The position numbers and the translations under genes were made by a program. Under the pieces are notes generated by a model, which worked only from the letters and a program-made list of their open reading frames with translations, was not told where the DNA came from and did no database searches. From Thermodesulfobacteriota bacterium (lineage in GTDB: Bacteria > Desulfobacterota > Desulfarculia > JACQYL01): a DNA stretch of 64,000 bases. How positions within the stretch are numbered: the first letter of the stretch is position 1; each line of letters starts with the position of its first letter. The stretch lies in assembly GCA_963675595.2 (NCBI GenBank), contig CAXXLZ010000002.1:1920001-1984000 (forward strand), given 5' to 3'. Positions 60,143-64,000 of this stretch are shown here, in pieces.

Positions 60143-62971
60143 ATGCAAACTCCCTTGGAACCATTCATGCAAAGAATCGAACCGACATCGGACTGCGGAA
60201 ATTTCAAGGGTCTTAGCTTGAAAATCGTTTTCTATTCCACTTTGATCGCCATTGCAGTTCTGCACTTGTTGTCCAGCATTCCTTTCCTTAAGCTTGCCTG
60301 GGATAATTTCAGGACGGCTGAACGCATCAAGCTCATGAATGGGGTTTCCAACGCTCTATTCCAGGCTGTTCGCAATTATGGCTTTGAAAGGGGTCGCGTA
60401 AACGTGGTGTTGAACGATGCCGGACCTGTGGCCAAAATGGAGCGGAATCGTCAATTTGTTATAGAACGAAGAAAGGAAGGCGACCAAGCTTTGCTCGGAG
60501 CGATAGACAATATAAGAGGCCTCGATCCGGAAGGCAAAGAACGACTGATTGAAGAAATATTGACTCAGAAAAGAGTGGTGGAGAAGCTGAGACAACGGGC
60601 CGACGCGAATTCACTTGTCCCCAAAAACCAAAGGGATTCCAGCTTGCCGAAGATCTGGTTTGGGGCAATGACCACACTCATCAAACAAATCGAGTCCCTA
60701 TTGGTCCTGATCTCTCAGGACCTAAGCGACGCCGACGGTATGATCGCCCGCCTTTCCGCCCTCCAACACAAAGCTCTGGCGTTAAGGAACACTTCGGGAC
60801 CGGAGATGTCCATTCTCTCGGCGACCCTCCTCTCCGGCAAACCTATTGAGGCGCAGCTTGTCACGAAGATAAAGGACCTTCAGGCAAGAACGGCTGTTCA
60901 TTTTGAAGATTTGGAGCGTTTGGTCGTCCCACTACGGGGTACGGGTATACCGAAAGCCCTGGATGAGCTTAAAACCGTTTACAATGATGATTACCTGCCT
61001 CGCAGGGAAGCGGTCTTTCCCGCAGCTCTAACCGGCGGTCCGTACCCCTACACTCAATCAGAGTTCTTGAACCAAGGCGTAGAAGCGCTGGAATCCATAG
61101 CCCTTTTCATGGATTCGGTGGTCACCGTTACGAATGAGCGCGCAGAGAACAAATTGGCGTCCGCGAGCAAGGAGCTGATTTTTCTGTCGGCAGATATCAC
61201 CGGGACTATGGGGCTCATCCTGCTGGTTCTGCTCGCTGTTCATTCTAGAGTCATCAAACCGGTGACTCAAATCACACGAGTGATGGGCCGTCTCGCGTCG
61301 GACGACTTGGAGGCGGAAGTCCCCGCAGTTCAAAGGCGGGATGAAGTCGGCGATATGGCCAGAGCGGTAACCGTGTTCAAGGACAATGCCGTTCGTTTGA
61401 AGGTTGACATGGAAGCCCGCCGGAAAGCGGAGGAGGCTCTTCGCCGAAGTGAAGCCATATTGGCCGCCGCCCAGCGAATCGCACAAATCGGCAGCTGGGA
61501 ACTGGATACTGAAACTGGTGAGCTTCATTGGTCTGAGGAGATGTATCGCCTTGCCAACCTGCCCAAGGACGAAACAAGACCGGAAATTGATGCTCTCTGG
61601 CGTTTAGCGAAAGAAGAAGATCGAAAGAAGCTGAAACAAGCCACGACCCAGGCCCTGTCGGCGGGAAAGCCTTACGATTTATCATACACCATTGTGAACG
61701 ATTCCGGTCAGGAGCGGGTTTTCCATGAGATCGTCAACTCGGTGGCCGATCAAACCGGTCGGATTATCCGGCTCATCGGCACGGTACAGGACATCACGGA
61801 ACGCAGAAGACTCGAAGTACGTGTTCAGCAGTCCCAGAAGTTGGAGAGTCTCGGCTTGGTGGCGGGGGGGGTTGCCCACGACTTCAATAACATTTTAGCA
61901 GGCATACTGGGATACGCCGAGCTTTGCCTTGAAGATGTTCGCCCTTATGAAGAAGCCGAGCAGTTTTTGGCGGGAATCATGCAGCTTTCACGCAGAGCCG
62001 CGGGTATTGCCAAACAAATGTTGTCGTACTCGGGGAAGAGTGCGCCGACGAAGCGGAGTGTCGATATTTCGGACACCGTGAGCCGGATGACTGAACTAAT
62101 AGGAGCCGGCTTGTGCAAGAAAGCCCGGCTTCATATGGACCTGAATTTCGGGTTACCCAATATTGAAGGGGATCCCGACCAGATAAGCCAAGTGGTCCTT
62201 AATCTATTGCAGAATGCTTCCGAAGCACTTCCTGAAGCCGGGGGCGATATTCATGTGGCTACGGGTATTGATCATTTCGATCATTCCATGATCCAAAACG
62301 GCTTTTTGTACGATGAGCACCCCGCCGGGAAATATGTCTTCTTGGAAGTAACGGATACAGGCGCAGGGATTCAAACAGAGGATATGAAGAAGATTTTCGA
62401 TCCCTTTTTTACCACCAAGTTCACCGGCCGCGGGCTTGGGCTTGCCGTAGTCCTGGGAATCGTCCGAGGCCACAACGGATTGATTTTGGTGCGCAGTCGC
62501 CTGAATCACGGTTCACGTTTTTTAGTTCTGTTTCCCGTGGCTGAATCGCAGCAAACAGAAGCGCTCCAACAGCAGGAAGAGCCGGTCTCTGAAATCGCGG
62601 GAGAGGGTCGAACAATTCTGGTCGTCGACGACGAAGCCCATGTCCGGGAGGTCGCGGCCAGAATGCTCTCGGCAAAAGGCTTCCGAGTGATAACGGCCGC
62701 AAACGGCCGGGAAGGCATAGACCAATTTCAACGGAGTATGCCTGCAATCGAACTAGTCATTCTGGATATGACCATGCCGGATATGAACGGTCATGAAGTC
62801 TATGAGCAATTGGTCAAGATGCGTCCCGAAATCAAGGTGGTCATAGCGAGTGGGTATAGTGAGGATGCACTACTTCAAATATTTTCACCCAATCGTATAA
62901 GTGCATTTTTACAGAAGCCTTGGCAAGCCAAAAAATTATACGATATTATAGGCAAAGCACTCAAGAATTAG
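60143..62971 (+). CDS. Hybrid sensor histidine kinase (periplasmic, HAMP, PAS, HisKA, HATPase, REC)
   Basis: RRDEVGDMARA HAMP, IGSWE PAS, AHDFNN, FFTTKFTGRGLGL and VDDE...LDMTMP...KP motifs; start uncertain. Confidence 0.93.
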   Translation: MQTPLEPFMQRIEPTSDCGNFKGLSLKIVFYSTLIAIAVLHLLSSIPFLKLAWDNFRTAERIKLMNGVSNALFQAVRNYGFERGRVNVVLNDAGPVAKMERNRQFVIERRKEGDQALLGAIDNIRGLDPEGKERLIEEILTQKRVVEKLRQRADANSLVPKNQRDSSLPKIWFGAMTTLIKQIESLLVLISQDLSDADGMIARLSALQHKALALRNTSGPEMSILSATLLSGKPIEAQLVTKIKDLQARTAVHFEDLERLVVPLRGTGIPKALDELKTVYNDDYLPRREAVFPAALTGGPYPYTQSEFLNQGVEALESIALFMDSVVTVTNERAENKLASASKELIFLSADITGTMGLILLVLLAVHSRVIKPVTQITRVMGRLASDDLEAEVPAVQRRDEVGDMARAVTVFKDNAVRLKVDMEARRKAEEALRRSEAILAAAQRIAQIGSWELDTETGELHWSEEMYRLANLPKDETRPEIDALWRLAKEEDRKKLKQATTQALSAGKPYDLSYTIVNDSGQERVFHEIVNSVADQTGRIIRLIGTVQDITERRRLEVRVQQSQKLESLGLVAGGVAHDFNNILAGILGYAELCLEDVRPYEEAEQFLAGIMQLSRRAAGIAKQMLSYSGKSAPTKRSVDISDTVSRMTELIGAGLCKKARLHMDLNFGLPNIEGDPDQISQVVLNLLQNASEALPEAGGDIHVATGIDHFDHSMIQNGFLYDEHPAGKYVFLEVTDTGAGIQTEDMKKIFDPFFTTKFTGRGLGLAVVLGIVRGHNGLILVRSRLNHGSRFLVLFPVAESQQTEALQQQEEPVSEIAGEGRTILVVDDEAHVREVAARMLSAKGFRVITAANGREGIDQFQRSMPAIELVILDMTMPDMNGHEVYEQLVKMRPEIKVVIASGYSEDALLQIFSPNRISAFLQKPWQAKKLYDIIGKALKN

Positions 62972-63336
62972 TCATATTTCGGATTATTGCATAGGTTCCG
63001 TGGAGCTTCGGAATTTAAGCCCATGAATATTCGCAAATCACAACCAGAGATTATTCATTTTCATTCCGGAGAATAATTCGAGATCGAGCCTTCAAAAAGC
63101 CATAAGTCTTACCGATCTGATTTTGGTAAGGCCCGTGAATCGTCTCCTTTTCACAAGAGGTCCACTCCTCGCTTTCCACCGAGCATTTTGTCCGGGAACT
63201 TGCCGGTTTAACTTCGGTGTACCGTATTGAGAAGAAACCCGACTTTTTTCCAACAACAGAGGCCCCGTCCCCTCTATGAGGAACGAGGCCTTCTCATCTC
63301 TCTCCGAAAATCTCTTGAGTCCCGGTCGGTCTTTGG

Positions 63337-63894
63337 TTACCCCAACCGTCGTCTCAGGGCCCACACGGATGCGCCCACCAGGAGCATACCCGCCAAAGCC
63401 ATACCGGGCCAACCCATCCCCGGAACCTGCTGCGACCCGGCTGCCTGGACGTTCACCAGGGCGGAGGCGCCGTCTTCAAAGGTACATGGGTGTCCGTCGG
63501 GATCCAGCACCGGAAGCACCACGCTTACGTTCACCGAGACCGCCTCGGTCTGATTCAACACTTGGGTCCATTGAATCGGCGTGATGGACTCCCCGGGCGC
63601 CAGGGGACCTCCGACCAGCGTCTCTCCGTTTTCCAGCGGGGAAATCTCATATTCGTCCCACGTCAACGCACCCTCGGTATCAATATTGGTCAAAGTCACG
63701 CACCAAGTGACTTCGGTACCGGGAACGACACTCACCACCGAATTCCCGGAACACCCCGGTCCCGTTCCTACGGTTACGTTGAAATGGTAGGCCGTCCCCG
63801 GGCACCCGGCCACGCCCAACACCGTTCCCGGGCAGGCCGCAGCCGCTAGGAACAGAACCAAAAACAAGGTAACCTTGGCTTGCAAATGCTTCAT
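63337..63894 (-). CDS. Secreted protein with IPTL-CTERM-like VPGM tail
   Basis: Signal peptide; PGTEVTWCVTLTN...LAPGES Ig-like pattern; tail VPGMGWPG + TM + RRR. Confidence 0.82.
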   Translation of the reverse strand: MKHLQAKVTLFLVLFLAAAACPGTVLGVAGCPGTAYHFNVTVGTGPGCSGNSVVSVVPGTEVTWCVTLTNIDTEGALTWDEYEISPLENGETLVGGPLAPGESITPIQWTQVLNQTEAVSVNVSVVLPVLDPDGHPCTFEDGASALVNVQAAGSQQVPGMGWPGMALAGMLLVGASVWALRRRLG

Positions 63895-64000
63895 GAGTGT
63901 TCCCCTCCGGCATATTGCTTTGCACAAACCTATATAATCCACCACTCTGGATCGGGAGTATACGCGGAAGGCAATACACGTGTCCAGAAAAATGTGAACA

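Noticed and set aside
63970-63987. sigma54 promoter for the last VPGM-tail gene
   Set aside because: TGGACACGTGTATTGC has 11 nt between GG and GC instead of the required 10.

Overview
GC-rich bacterial chromosomal window. Gene content (Hdr, four-subunit 2-oxoacid:ferredoxin oxidoreductase, sigma54 systems, GEMM-type riboswitches) suggests an anaerobic Desulfobacterota/Deltaproteobacteria member; this is an inference. From left to right it holds: an N-type ATPase operon (atpDCQRBEF, running off the left edge); an RND efflux operon with a frameshifted adaptor and a clear sigma54 promoter/IHF site/palindromic enhancer, divergent from its likely activator; a cobalamin riboswitch with cbiK; a tandem array of four VPxPA (PEP-CTERM-like) surface-protein genes interrupted by a class IIC group II intron; an apparently orphan DNA methyltransferase with a possible endonuclease remnant; a VapBC-type module; Cu/Zn exporters; an EF-G paralog; amrS; an exosortase locus with VPGM-type C-terminal substrates and a SEC-C-tailed partner; der; a kor-hdrA/mvhD-hdrCB-sucCD cluster; and a hybrid histidine kinase. 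The strongest candidate for an undescribed system is the surface-protein array. Three of its four units repeat the same control cassette: paired GGG-N8-CCC-like sites 23 bp apart, a sigma54 promoter, and a c-di-GMP-I riboswitch overlapping a terminator. All calls come from reading motifs by eye; no database search was run.
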